Positions 52,467 to 64,000 of a stretch of DNA of 64,000 nucleotides are shown piece after piece (the stretch's first letter is position 1; each line of letters begins with the position of its first letter). Origin of the DNA: Malacoraja senta. Its lineage: Eukaryota. A program made the position numbers and the translations under genes. The DNA lies in assembly GCA_038087875.1 (NCBI GenBank), contig CM076000.1:434001-498000 (forward strand), in the 5' to 3' direction. The notes beneath the pieces were generated by a model. The model saw only the letters and a program-made list of their open reading frames with translations, searched no databases and was not told where the DNA came from.

Positions 52467-53330
52467 CTAGATGAAGTGGGACCCGTTGGTTCCCTGACAG
52501 ACGGGAAGCCTGGTCCCCCAACGCAATATTCCACCACTCACCCATAGCCCCCACAGGCCTGGTCTCCCAACGCAACCCGTTCCCCAAGCCAATAGTCCAC
52601 CACTCACCCATAGCCCTCAACTGCGCAGGGGCTGCTCATTTCGCCTTATTTACCCTCCCTCATTTTAAACTTTAAAAAAAATGAAATTGCACTTGCTAGC
52701 TTGCAGAACTCAGTGTACTAGAATAGCAACATTGTTGCGAGCAGGGCTACAATCCCATTGTGACATCATAGCTGTAAGCACAGGGAAGACATTTTTCTTA
52801 GATTGCGGTTTTGCAAATTAAAAAATGTTAATAACGTAAAATATAACCAATTTGAACGAAACTTGATAAAAACACACCAGAAGACAATTGTGAGTAAGGC
52901 GGCCCAAAAATGTTAGCGCTATCGTGTACCATTTTGGCGTTGTTCACGGTATGAATCACACACAGAAAAAAAGAGTTTTAGTAATATACTAGACTAAGTG
53001 GGACCCATTGGGTCCCATTCTCACACGGGACGGCTGGTCCCCCAACGCAATATTCCACCTCTCCACCAATTCCAATATTCCACCACTCATGCATAGCCCC
53101 CAACTGCACAGGCACGGCTGACAGGTTCCCGTTGTGACGCCCCTGATCTCCCCCTCCTCCCCTCAACCCCCCCACTCTGCCCCTTGTCCTCCCCCCCCAT
53201 GCACTCACTCCATCTTCCCCTCAAATCCCCCCTCCCCCTCTGGTTTCCAGAGGGTTATTATGGACATTGTGGGTCAACTGGACTCTTGGGCTAGTCCTGC
53301 GGATTCACATAATGCCAACGGAATATAAAA
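52467..53330 (-). mobile_element. Two head-to-tail non-autonomous Helitron-like units
   Basis: On the minus strand, hairpin gggaccc-aat-gggtccc lies 7 nt before CTAG (52989-53016), with a homolog at 52467-52494; units joined via TATATTACTAAAAC. Right boundary approximate. Confidence 0.65.
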
Positions 53331-53734
53331 TGCTCTTCGCCTGTGTAGCACCAAAATGCCACAATTCTCATATTCAAATTATTTCCAGGGGCAACAAAGG
53401 CATCTTTGGCTAGTTGTGAAAAAAAAGCATCCTCGTCGCCAGATTTGCAAAAGGCAACATTTTGTTCAACTATATTTGTCCATTGTCCGTTCAAAGCAAT
53501 CTTATGTTGATGGGTTTCATACATGAAGAAAATATTTAATCTACAAGCTTCTTGGCTTTACAGCATATCCAACAGTCCACCAGGAAATGTACACTTTGTA
53601 AGTGCCACTGATAATGTATGCTGATTTTAGCAGATTTAAATTTCGTCTTTTAGGTTGGAAAAGCATCTTTTAACAATATCATTGATTAAATAATGCTGAA
53701 ATAATATTTGTTGAAAACAAATACATTATTTGGG

Positions 53735-53935
53735 ATAGACAAAATGCTGGAGCAACTCAACAGACTGGCAGCATCTCTGGAGAGAAGGAATGGGTGACGC
53801 TTCGTGTCGAGACCCTTCTTCAGATCTGAAACATCACCCATCCCTTCTCTCCAGAGATTCTGCCTGTCCTTCTGGGTTACTCTAGCATTTTGTGTCTATC
53901 TTCGGTGTATAACCAGCAACTACAGTTCCTTCCTA
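53735..53935. mobile_element. Penelope terminal-repeat fold-back element
   Basis: atagacaaaatgctggag...ctctggagagaaggaatgggtga / tcacccatcccttctctccagag...ctagcattttgtgtctat. Confidence 0.78.
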
Positions 53936-55111
53936 TACATTATTTGGGTCTGCATCATGTACTGATCCATACAACTGTTGCATCCGATCTATCCCTTTCC
54001 TTGATGAAACACCAGGATTGACTCCTTGAGCATTATGTTCACTGGATTCCCAGGTTTTGTCAAACATGAATTGTAACATCCACATCAAATCCTTTCTTAA
54101 TCACATTTATTAGCTTCCCAAGCCTAAGGTACCAAATTCAAAAACTGAACGATTAAAAATCTTTCGGGGGTTCACCTACTCTGTTTCTATAACTTCTTTA
54201 AACCTCATTTGCCAGTCGACTATTCTTTTCACTCTGGCCTTATTGGTATTCTTTCACCTTCACTTTTGCCGATAAGGCATTACCTTTTTGGTCTTACACT
54301 GTCTAATCACTTTATATTTTCACTTTGTTTTCATCCTTCTAAAGCTTCTCAAAATTCTACATTTACAAAAATGCATTACACTCCTTCACTCCAAATTATT
54401 TTGGTATATATTGTTTGCAAACTGCTGCTTTTGGCACAGTATGCTGCATGTATAATTCACATTCGCATTTTTTTTTACAAAATAAATGTAATTGGCACAA
54501 ACGGTGCACAGTATAATAAAATATGTATTAAAATCACAAAATAAATACATTGAGTATTATAATAAATCCAGCATAGGTACAGTAGATTTTCCAGACCATT
54601 GGATAATGCTCCTATTAATGTATCACCACAATGTTTTAAAATAAGATTTTACACAATAGTACAATAAATCTCCCAGTTAACTAGGTCAGTGGACAGGGAG
54701 CACGGGAAACGGGGCCCAGTGAGTCAAGAGGGATTGTGGGACTGCTTATAAACTGCTTATGAACACTCATAAATATACCTTGGTGAAATTACAACATATG
54801 ATACTCTAAATAAGACCAACAACAACATCATCTACTCATTCAAGAAATTCTGGTACGCACGGGCTTCCCTTGGAACAGCATTTTGGGAACTTTTACCTTA
54901 TAGCAGACTTAAAATGTTATCTGACAGACAGCACTTCAAACAGCAAACACTCAAGTTCAAGCCTAATTTGTACTCTGATGTGAGAATTTCCTGTAAGCTT
55001 TTGATGCAGTTAAGAGGGTATAAAATGGGAATATCGTGGAGTATTCCAACATTTATGAGAAATGAGGACAATAATTGTTACCACTAAACAGTTTTGATTT
55101 TTTACTTCCAT

Positions 55112-55117
55112 TTTATT
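55112..55117 (-). terminator. Candidate NARS2 polyadenylation signal (AATAAA)
   Basis: tttatt on + = AATAAA on -, about 190 nt after the stop codon. Actual usage unknown. Confidence 0.5.
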
Positions 55118-55306
55118 TAAATGCTTTTAATTTTGATGCTTGATTACAAGATTACTCACATTCCCCAGTATTGAATGCAAACATAAATACATAATATTTC
55201 AGTTAAAATACTGTACAGTCGAAAACAATACTAGTTGGCAAATCTGAAATCTATTATTTAAATGAAAACATTTAAAAAATATATCATTAATCCCTATAAA
55301 AAATTA

Positions 55307-55451
55307 CTATAGAATGCAAGAGTGAGAAAATCTTGGAAATGGAATAACATCTTTAATGTTCTCAATACCCAAGACACACTGCAAATAACGCTCAAATCCC
55401 ATTCCAAATCCTCCGTGTGGCACTGATCCAAACTGATGAACTTCCTCATAC
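55307..55451 (-). CDS. NARS2: NARS2 terminal coding exon, (W)[47 protein letters not shown]
   Basis: Class II motif 3 ([11 protein letters not shown]) and [10 protein letters not shown]-terminus. tttttgtag acceptor; TAG stop at 55307-55309. Confidence 0.97.
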
Positions 55452-56968
55452 CTACAAAAAATGAATTAAATTCAAAAGCAGAAGCATCATGAACAACATG
55501 AGTGAATTAACCTCAATGTGTCAATTAAAGCTGAGAATTCCATTAAGTAAGATCATCATCTATTTGGCAAAATTATTGCAGAATCAAATATTTTTATTAA
55601 ATTAGACATAAACATTTTTAGATTTTATGGTATTGTACACTGCTGTCCAAACATAAGAAGCAAATCCTTTAGTTGGGCTTGAAAATAAAAATAGTAAGAA
55701 AAAGTGTTTTGATGCATGTAACTGGATTAAAGAAAATAAAATGATAAACCACCCAATTTGTACAACATTGGAGTTATCTAAATGATGGATTGTGTGGGAG
55801 TTACAGCTCAGTTTCAGGTTTGTGCATGCATCTATGGACAGAAGATTTAAAATTCAGCGCTGTCAAGCTTTGCCAAGGTTAAATATAAAAGATAACAGGA
55901 AAGGATACTGTAACAATGTCAGTTAACAGGAAGGACAAACAGTGAGGAGGTTGATCACATGAAAGAGGAAATTTGGAGAATGTAGGGAGTAGGCGGGAAA
56001 AAAATTAAAAATGATTCAAAATCAAAACTAAAGCAGATGAGAAAGTTGAGGTAAGAGGAAGATGTATTGCAGTCTTATATTCTCAATTTTACAGTTGAAG
56101 AATTTCATGAGCTTGTTGCAGTTATGAGAATAAGTGGAGGTAAGAAGCAAGGTGCAGCTTGTTGGCACAATGCCTTTGGCCAGAAGTTAGACAGTTCAGT
56201 TTCAGTTCAATTTTAATTTATTGTCATCTGTACCAAGGTACAGTTAAAAGCTTTTGTTGCGTGCTAACCAGTCAGTGGAAAGACAAAACATGATTACAAT
56301 TGAGCTATTCACAGTATACAAATACAGTACATGATAAGGGATTAGCATTTAGTGAAAGATAAAGTCAGTAAAGCCTGATCAAAGATACTCCAGTGGGTCA
56401 CCAATGAGGTAGATAGTAGTTCAGAACTTTCCAGCTGATAACAGCTGGAAAGAAACTGTCCCTTGCCATGAAAATAATTGTAAAAGTCTGCAAGTCTCAG
56501 TAAATACAAGACCTACTGGCTCAATTGTAAACATGATTTGTCTTTCCACTGACTGGCTAGCATGCAACAAAAGCTTTTAATTGTTCCTTGGTACAGGTGA
56601 CAATAAACTAGAATTTTCAGCGTTGTCTCAAAGCATGAGGCATATAAATTATTATGGGATGGGAGGAATGGCCATCGGTAAGAATAGGAATGAAGATGTT
56701 TGATGAGAGACGGTAGGTATTTTTATGGAATGAGTATTCAAAGGAGAGGTTTACTTTCTTGGGTAAATGGATGAAAGCAGGTAGCTGGAGAGTTTCTGTG
56801 AACTGGATAAGGAAGAGAAAGTTGTCAATGATCAAGACCTTGTGGTCAATTTCAGGAATTCAAACAAAACTCTAATTTAAAAGAAAACAGATATTATAAT
56901 TATACTCCTATCAGAAGTTTAGGCATTTTTTTTGTTACAATTTTATGAATACAGTTTAAACTCCTTAC

Positions 56969-56995
56969 CATTGATATGTGTCTGGAAGACCATGC
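56969..56995 (-). CDS. NARS2: NARS2 27-nt microexon, (Q)HGLPDTYQ(W)
   Basis: tttgttctgttgcag|GCATGGTCTTCCAGACACATATCAATG|gtaagg. Supplies the missing 9 codons in the correct phase; corresponds to the SGLTEVYQW segment of mammalian NARS2. Confidence 0.92.
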
Positions 56996-58339
56996 CTGCA
57001 ACAGAACAAAGTATGGCTCAATCTTTTGCTGTCGCATCACAACAAAGTTTTTCTAAGTTTTAACAGAAACTTGAAGAATACATTTTTTTTTTGCCATTTC
57101 AGGTCCCATGTAGTACAGGTCTCATGTAGTACATAGTGACCTCTTCCCCATCCAATAATGCCAATCTATGACCAATTTTCTCAAAAGGACAACAGAGCGG
57201 GGAGATTTTGTCCTCATCAAGAAAAATCCCATTTGTATTTGTCTTGACCAGTTGCATTTCAAAGTAACGCTTGATATTGAAGTATAAAAGCAGGCAATAG
57301 CACATGCAGCTGCTTTCGACTTCACCAGATAACAAATGAGGTTGCAAGATAATTTGTTGAATAACTGTTAAGAGGAAACAGGAATGCAAACCTTGCATTA
57401 GTCCAGATGAATTATCAACCTTTGGAAGTATTGACAATGATTGCTAAACTGAAACTGGAAGGAATAACATAAAATCACGAAATGCGCCATAAAAGAAACT
57501 TGATTATTAGGTAAACAAGATGATATTCAATTAAATCACCCAAAAGTCAAGACATAGATTTCAAACTAGTGACTTTTATACACTGGATTTTTTTATTTGA
57601 CTTTTTTTTTTTTAAATGCTGGCAGTAATCCAGTACCACAAAACTGAGCTGACCAGAAAATTCCATATGTTAAAATATCTTAATTTATTTTGTTGTTAGT
57701 GTTTTTACTTTTCCAGATGCCAGTCTTTCAAAGATCACGCCTAATGATTTTTGTACCGCTTCAAGATGTATTCAAGTGTTGGATGGATTGCTGCCTGTGC
57801 AGTGATGAAAGCTGCAACATTGCATTGTGGCAGGTTTTAGATGTGTGTAAATGGGCTTTAAATGCTCTTCCACTCTGCAAAGGATGAGCAAAGTCCTAAG
57901 CCGAGTAGATGCCAGACTCCTTGACATTAAATACTGAATATTTGGCACGTTTTCAATACAATAACCATTATTCCCTAAACTCCCACTGCAGGATACATCA
58001 AAGCTCTCTGCAACAAAACTCATGTGACATCACCCTACATTTATTTGATATCTGCACCTTCTCCCTTTCTACAATGCAGGCAAGCTTAAGCATGATATCT
58101 CACCAGAAGGAGATTTTACTTATGTTATTCCAGTAGCTGGTGTGGTGGCAATGAGTGTAAATTTAAACAACTGCGAACCCTCTCTCTATTGGTATTCTTC
58201 CACATTCAGAATACTGTTCTTCTGTGTCCAAAATAAAGATGGAATACAGCAAGATTGTAATTCAGTGGGAGTGGGCAGAGGTAAGCATGTATGCTTGACT
58301 ACCTGCAGTTTGTAAATCTGAAAAGACGGAAGGAGAACA

Positions 58340-58715
58340 CAAAGTGGTGGGTATATGGAACGAGCTGTCAGAGGTAGTTGAGGCAGGTACTATAATAATG
58401 GTTAAAAGAAATTAAGACAGGTGCATGGAAAGTAAATGTTCAGAGGGAAATCTGCCAAACATAGGCAGGTGGGAATAGTGTAGATGAAGCATTGTGGTCG
58501 GCAGGGTTGGGCCAAAGGGGCCATTGCATGCTGGTTGACGGCATGGGATATTAGGGTAATTATGTATGAAGGTATGACATCTTTGAAAGGATCACAGTGC
58601 TATGGCTACAGTATGACATGTTCTAGTGGTGGCCAGCACCAAATCCTCTATTTTGGATAGGGTCAGCATGGGCAAGTTAGGCAAAAAGGCCTGCTTCCAT
58701 GCTCTATGGCTCTAA
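58340..58715 (+). mobile_element. CR1/HER1 3' UTR fragments
   Basis: gtggtgggtatatggaacgagctg...gttgaggcaggtac, homologous to 175-375. Confidence 0.65.
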
Positions 58716-59592
58716 ATAAGGGCTGCCTCTTCTTTTCCAATGAGTCGCTGATGCGTCTCATCTGAGCCCTGGAACTAATAAATAGATTCCAAGTCCTGGA
58801 CTCACTGGGGCCGCACAGCATAGGAAACATTTACTTCAATCCACAATCCACTTTTACTTCACTTTTTCTCCAAGATGTTACACAGTGGTATCTTTTTTTT
58901 TAGTGAACCAGTGAGATTAAAGAGATAGCAAAACAGGGCCTTGTGACATTAAAGGGAAAGTAGGCAGAGGTGAGTGCTAGGTTTATAAGAAGTGAAGGAC
59001 AAGGGCCCGATGAATTGGTAAGAAAATGCAAGAAACATTTCTTATGTTTTCTTAGGCTGCCAAACCATTGTGATTTCAAAAAGCAGATGAATGGAATTTT
59101 AATGAATATGCGTTCCCTTTTAAACAAAACACTCCACCATAACTTATTCTGCTAAAAACAGATTGGCAAAGTATATGAAATTGGTAATGCTCTGGATAAA
59201 TTCCTGGGAGTTTCTCACAGCTGTCCGTGACATCCCCAAACCTCTGTGAATATTGATTGACCATAAAGCCAATCAGAAATCTCTCTCATATGCTCAAGTT
59301 AATAAAATAAAAATAACACACAAACATTCGACTCTGAAGAGCTCTGATGGTCTCATTGCTCAAGGAAGGCTGCTTGGAGACAGAGGTCACAATGAGAACC
59401 AAGATAGCTCTAAGATTCAATTACTGTTCACTTCACCACTCGGATGATAATGCATCTTTAATTACAGTATGAAGGCTGGCCAAGGTATTATGTCTAGGGT
59501 TTACAAAAATCTCTGTACCAAATGTAGTACATTCTTGTACATGACATTGCAGGGTCAAAAGAAGAACATTGTGAATTCTTACAATGCATCTA

Positions 59593-60720
59593 CAGTGCCT
59601 TTCATAATGTTTGGGACAAAGACCCATCATTTATTTATTTGCCACAATTTGAGATTTGTAATAGAAAAAAATAATCATATGTGGTTAAAGCGCACATTGT
59701 CAGATTTTATTAAATACTATTTTTGTACATTTTGGTTTCACCATGTAGAAATTACAGCTGTGTTTATATAAAGTCCCCCCATTTCAGGGCACCATAATGT
59801 TTTGGACACATGGCTTCACAGGTGTTTGTAATTGCTCAGGTGTATTTAAATGCCTCCTTAATGCAGGTATAAGAGAGCTCTCAGCACCTAGTCTTTCCTC
59901 CAGTCTTTCCATCACCTTTGGAAATGTTTATTGTTGTTTATCAACATGAGGACCAAAGTTGTGCCAATGAAAGTCAAAGAAGCCATTATGAGACTGAGAA
60001 ACAAGAATAAAACTGTTAGAGACATCAGCCAAACCTTAGGCTTACCAAAATCAACCGTTTGGAACATCATTGAGAAGAAAGCAGTGGTGAGCTTACTAAT
60101 CGCAAACGGACTAGCAGGCCAAGGAAGACCTCCACAGCTGATGACAGAAGAATTCTCTCTACAATAAAGAAAAATCCCCAAACATCTGTCCGACAGATCA
60201 GAAACACTCTTCAGGAGTCAGATCTTAATTTGTCAATGACCACTGTCCGCAGAAGACTTCATGAACAGAAATACAGAGGATGAACCCAATTGAGCATGCC
60301 TTTTATATGCTGAAGAGAAAACTGGACTAACCCCCAAAACAAGCATAAGCTAAAGTTGGCTGCAATACTGGCCTGGCAGAGCATCATCAGAGAAGATACC
60401 CAGCAACTGGTGATGTCCATGAGTCGCAGACTTCAAGCAGTCATTGCATGCAAAGGATATGCAACAAAATACTAAACATGACTACTCTCATTTACATGAC
60501 ATTGCTGTGTCCCAAACATTATGGTGCCCTGAAATGGGGCGGACTATGTGTAAACACTGCTGTAATTTCTACATGGTGAAACCAAAATGTATATAAATGG
60601 CCTTTATTAAAATCTGACAATGTACACTTTAAACACATGTGATTTTTTCTATTACAAATCTCAAATTGTGGAGTACAGAGGCAAATAAATAAATGATGGG
60701 TCTGTGTCCCAAACATTATG
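59593..60720 (+). mobile_element. Tc1-like transposon, internally deleted, with long IR/DR-type TIRs
   Basis: TA|CAGTG start; about 210-bp inverted repeats (59593-59810 vs 60503-60720); HTH remnant MRTKVVPMKVKEAIMRL..KTVRDISQTLGLPKSTVWNII; NPIEH and ACKGYATKY* remnants; right terminus clipped. Confidence 0.9.
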
Positions 60721-61920
60721 TTTCATTGTCATATGTCCCAGATAGAACAATGAAATTCTTACTTGCTGCAGCAATTTTTCAAAATTATTGCTTGTGTGTG
60801 AAAGGCCACTCAAAGTTTGATATTTATATTCCAACCCTAAAATATGAAACAGGGGAGTTAGAGTTAACATATTTCTAAAGGGCAGAATGGAGGCAAAGCA
60901 AGAGTCGCCACAGCAGAGCTCCAGAGACCCAGGTTCTACAGTGCCTCGAGATTGTGATGGTGGTGGTGTAGAATACGCAGGTTCTCCCCAAGACTGCATG
61001 GCTGTCTATTGAATGCCCCAGTTTCTTTCCACATCCTAAGGACATGCTGGGAGCTTTATTGGCTCCTGTAAATTATTTCTTCACTTGGATCAGTGGGGAG
61101 ACGATGAGCGTGTAAAAGAGCATTAGTTAGAGAGGAACATGGAAAAGGAGTGGGCGATAAGATTGACGCAATAGCCGATGGCTGCTGAAATGGACCCAAT
61201 GTCCCCCTTGTTTGTTGATTACATTGATTGCATAGAAAAACAATGGAACTAGTATTAGTACTCCTGATTCAAGTTTGTTAGTTACATAAAATTCAAGAGT
61301 TCGGATAGAGTGCCACTTTACTCAAATTCACAGAAACACTGCATAATTAAAAGTGCATTATGTACGAGGGGTGAGTGATGAGAAATAATGTAGCTAGTTT
61401 GGGTAAAGTTATCTCATTTAGATACATTCGTCAGATGAAGGATAAAATTCTACATTCATGAAAATTGAATGAATCTATATCAGCTGAATCACCTCCCACA
61501 ACTGTTTAAATATGGGTGTTCTACCTCAAAATATTCAACTTCATGTTGGAGGGAAGTGCTCACATGAAACTGAAATTTCTAGTTTCAATTTGCAGTACTT
61601 ACCAAGGAAAAATTTCCAATCTATTAATCTATGCACAGTTCAAACACAGTCAAAATGAAAGCAAAGCTAACTCTTGCGTTAGTAAATGGTTATTGGTCAT
61701 ATATATCAAACCCGTGGCTAGTTGACATTACAAATTGTAAGATGCAAGAGTAATACATGTTGCACAGAGGACAGAGGGGGAATTAAGAAGCTAGATGTGT
61801 TAATTGCCCTCAATAACATGTCCAATTTCTTCCTAAAGTTGAAATAGAAGATTACTGGATATTTCGGACGGCAGATTATTTTTTTAAAGGAACAAACATA
61901 CATTTCTTGAGATTTTTATT

Positions 61921-62769
61921 TACTGTTCAAAATTGTTATTCAATAATACTTCACTGAATTATTGTGAACATTTATGAATCAATCCTGTCATTTTTATGCC
62001 TAAAAATTCATTTTTTCCCTACATCAATCAGCCCACATGCACAGTTGAAAACCTTTTTTCTTAAGCAATACATTAAATAATAGCCTGAAAGAATGAACAC
62101 ACGTGTCTGTTAAACTTACAATATTATTCAAGTGATGTTTTTGGTGTTTAATAAGTACATATGGCATTTACACTTACTGCTTTAGACGGGATCGCAGCAG
62201 ATCAAGTCGCTCTTCCCTTAAACTACCACCACATAATTCTCCTATTCCAGGCACTAGAAGATCCACTGCTGCCACCTAGCAAGCAATATCACAGAACACA
62301 GAGGTTTATAAATTGTACTTCAAATTAAGGCAAACTTAGTTATTTTATCTTGCTTGAAGAGGGGTCATGTATAACATGCCTTACATAGACATTACTAAGC
62401 CAGACTCAGGTAAATTGCAACCCACTGACAATATTGTTTTCAAAACGCAAGGTTTTCAATATTTACTAAACTACAATTACAAATAAATGTCCTGTACTAC
62501 TAGCTTCAAGGGAAATAAATTACCAAACAGGCTTGTTTCCCTCATAATAAATTGAAGACTCAATCACATCCATAAACATTTTTAATTTTTACGATACGTA
62601 ATACTTTTGTTGAAAATACATGGCAATAGGATTGCAAGAAAAAATTAATCAGAAATAACAATGTAACAGTAAAAAAAATTGTATATCGATTTCATTCGCA
62701 GTTAACTACTGCTCAAAATTGTTATTCAATAATACTTCACTATATAGTTGCAAACATTTATAAATCAAT
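61921..62769. repeat. Pair of about 63-bp direct repeats flanking a NARS2 exon
   Basis: tactg.tcaaaattgttattcaataatacttcact...acatttat.aatcaat at 61921-61983 and 62707-62769. Confidence 0.8.
62178..62275 (-). CDS. NARS2: NARS2 internal coding exon (98 nt), [32 protein letters not shown](Q)
   Basis: Hand translation gives the AsnRS motif DLLVPG.GEL.GGS.REER. gctag acceptor, gtaagt donor; frame continuous with neighbouring exons. Confidence 0.96.
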
Positions 62770-63753
62770 TATAAATCAATTTATAAATTAATAAATCAAA
62801 TGTATTTGCTTAAAATCATAAAACTATCTCAATTCAGAAAAAAAAATACAAGCTGGAGGTCAACAAGATTATATTTTGTGAAGGAAGATCTAAACACAGT
62901 GCAGCAGTGCTCAATTACAGGAGCCAAGATCGTCCTGTCAAAGGAAGGTTCGAGGCCCCTGACAGCAGCAGAACAAAGGGAAGAGAAGATGATTTAACCT
63001 TTTTTTTGCCTTCCATTTTAGTGAGGAATGTGGAGGTCACTGTGGTGGATGTTTATGTTAAAATGTATTTTGTGTGTCTTGTTGCTTTTTATTGGTATGA
63101 CTGTATGGCAAATCAAATTTCTCATATGTTGCAAAACAAACTGGGCTAATAAAGTATGATTATGATTAAAGACATTAAAAAAACGACTAAATTTGCTAGG
63201 TGACAAAGTGTTGGGCTCAGCCTTGCCTTTAGTCTAAATCTGTCCAAGATGCTCTAGGGGCCTGGCCTCAGGACCATCCCACGAGACTCATTCACCACAG
63301 AGACCTCACTGCACCAGGATCCAGTGAGAGTCTGTCTATCCCTGTTTACACCTGGCTTGGATGCATATCAACAATGATATCATCCAATGCAAGTACCTTT
63401 TCGATCATTATTTCCACTGGACATCTTAATGCTGTTCAGATTAATTTCCAAAGACAGTTAAAATTAAAGGGAGCAAGGAAACATAATGCTGTGTGCTGCA
63501 GTACATTTCAATTATTTCATTTGGCTTCTCAAAATATATTTTCCAATCTTTAAAATGATTGCTATGTACACATCAGCTGCAGGCAAGATTCAGCTTAAAA
63601 AGACCCAAATGCAGTCAGAATTTGGAGGATCAATGATACATAGATACATTGACAATAGGTGCAGAAGTAGGTCATTCGGCCCTTCAATGGATGAATCAAT
63701 GGGTAATGTTAAATACAATCATACTCAACATAAATCATACTCTTTCTGCTTAC

Positions 63754-63891
63754 TGTATGTTGAGGTCCATCCTGATTATCTCTGGCATAAAAAGGCTTGA
63801 TGTCGTAAGGATAATTAATTACAAAAACAGGGATATCGTCACAGTGCTGCACCAGATACTTCTCATGCTCAGTCTGTAGGTCATTGCCCCA
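63754..63891 (-). CDS. NARS2: NARS2 internal coding exon (138 nt), [46 protein letters not shown]
   Basis: Translation matches the class IIb AsnRS catalytic domain (WG.DLQTEHE, YP..IKPFY). Flanked by ttttacag acceptor and gtaagc donor on the minus strand; phase 0/0. Confidence 0.96.
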
Positions 63892-64000
63892 CTGTAAAAG
63901 ATGACAGTCCATAGTTATTTCAACATTAATTTAATGTACCTAGATCTAAAGAATTTAGTCGGCAGTTCTCTCCACTCATTTGATGTCAATCACATTTCAA

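Overview
Eukaryotic vertebrate genomic DNA, most likely a cartilaginous fish such as a skate or ray (inferred from the repeat families: CR1/HER1-type LINEs, V-SINE/HE1-like SINEs, Penelope-derived hairpins). Two host genes lie in tandem on the minus strand. NARS2 (mitochondrial asparaginyl-tRNA synthetase) contributes its last four coding exons (63754-63891, 62178-62275, a 27-nt microexon at 56969-56995, and 55307-55451). About 5 kb downstream are the CpG-rich promoter and first coding exon of GAB2 (50095-50166). No GAB2 exon 2 was found, so positions 1-50094 appear to be GAB2 intron 1. That intron is full of mobile DNA: a near full-length CR1 with an esterase ORF1, RTE, L2, Rex1/Babar-like and L1-like fragments, Penelope-like elements, SINEs, a solo LTR and MITEs. 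A Helitron-like tandem lies between the genes and a Tc1 relic lies in a NARS2 intron. The most interesting signal is a family of short Penelope-terminal-repeat elements carrying a minimal hammerhead-ribozyme-like core (CTGAAGA-stem-GAAAC). Two copies look young and have long TSDs, several are fold-back palindromes centred on the ribozyme motif, and two have a CR1 inserted at that centre. Repeat boundaries are approximate unless TSDs/TIRs are quoted.
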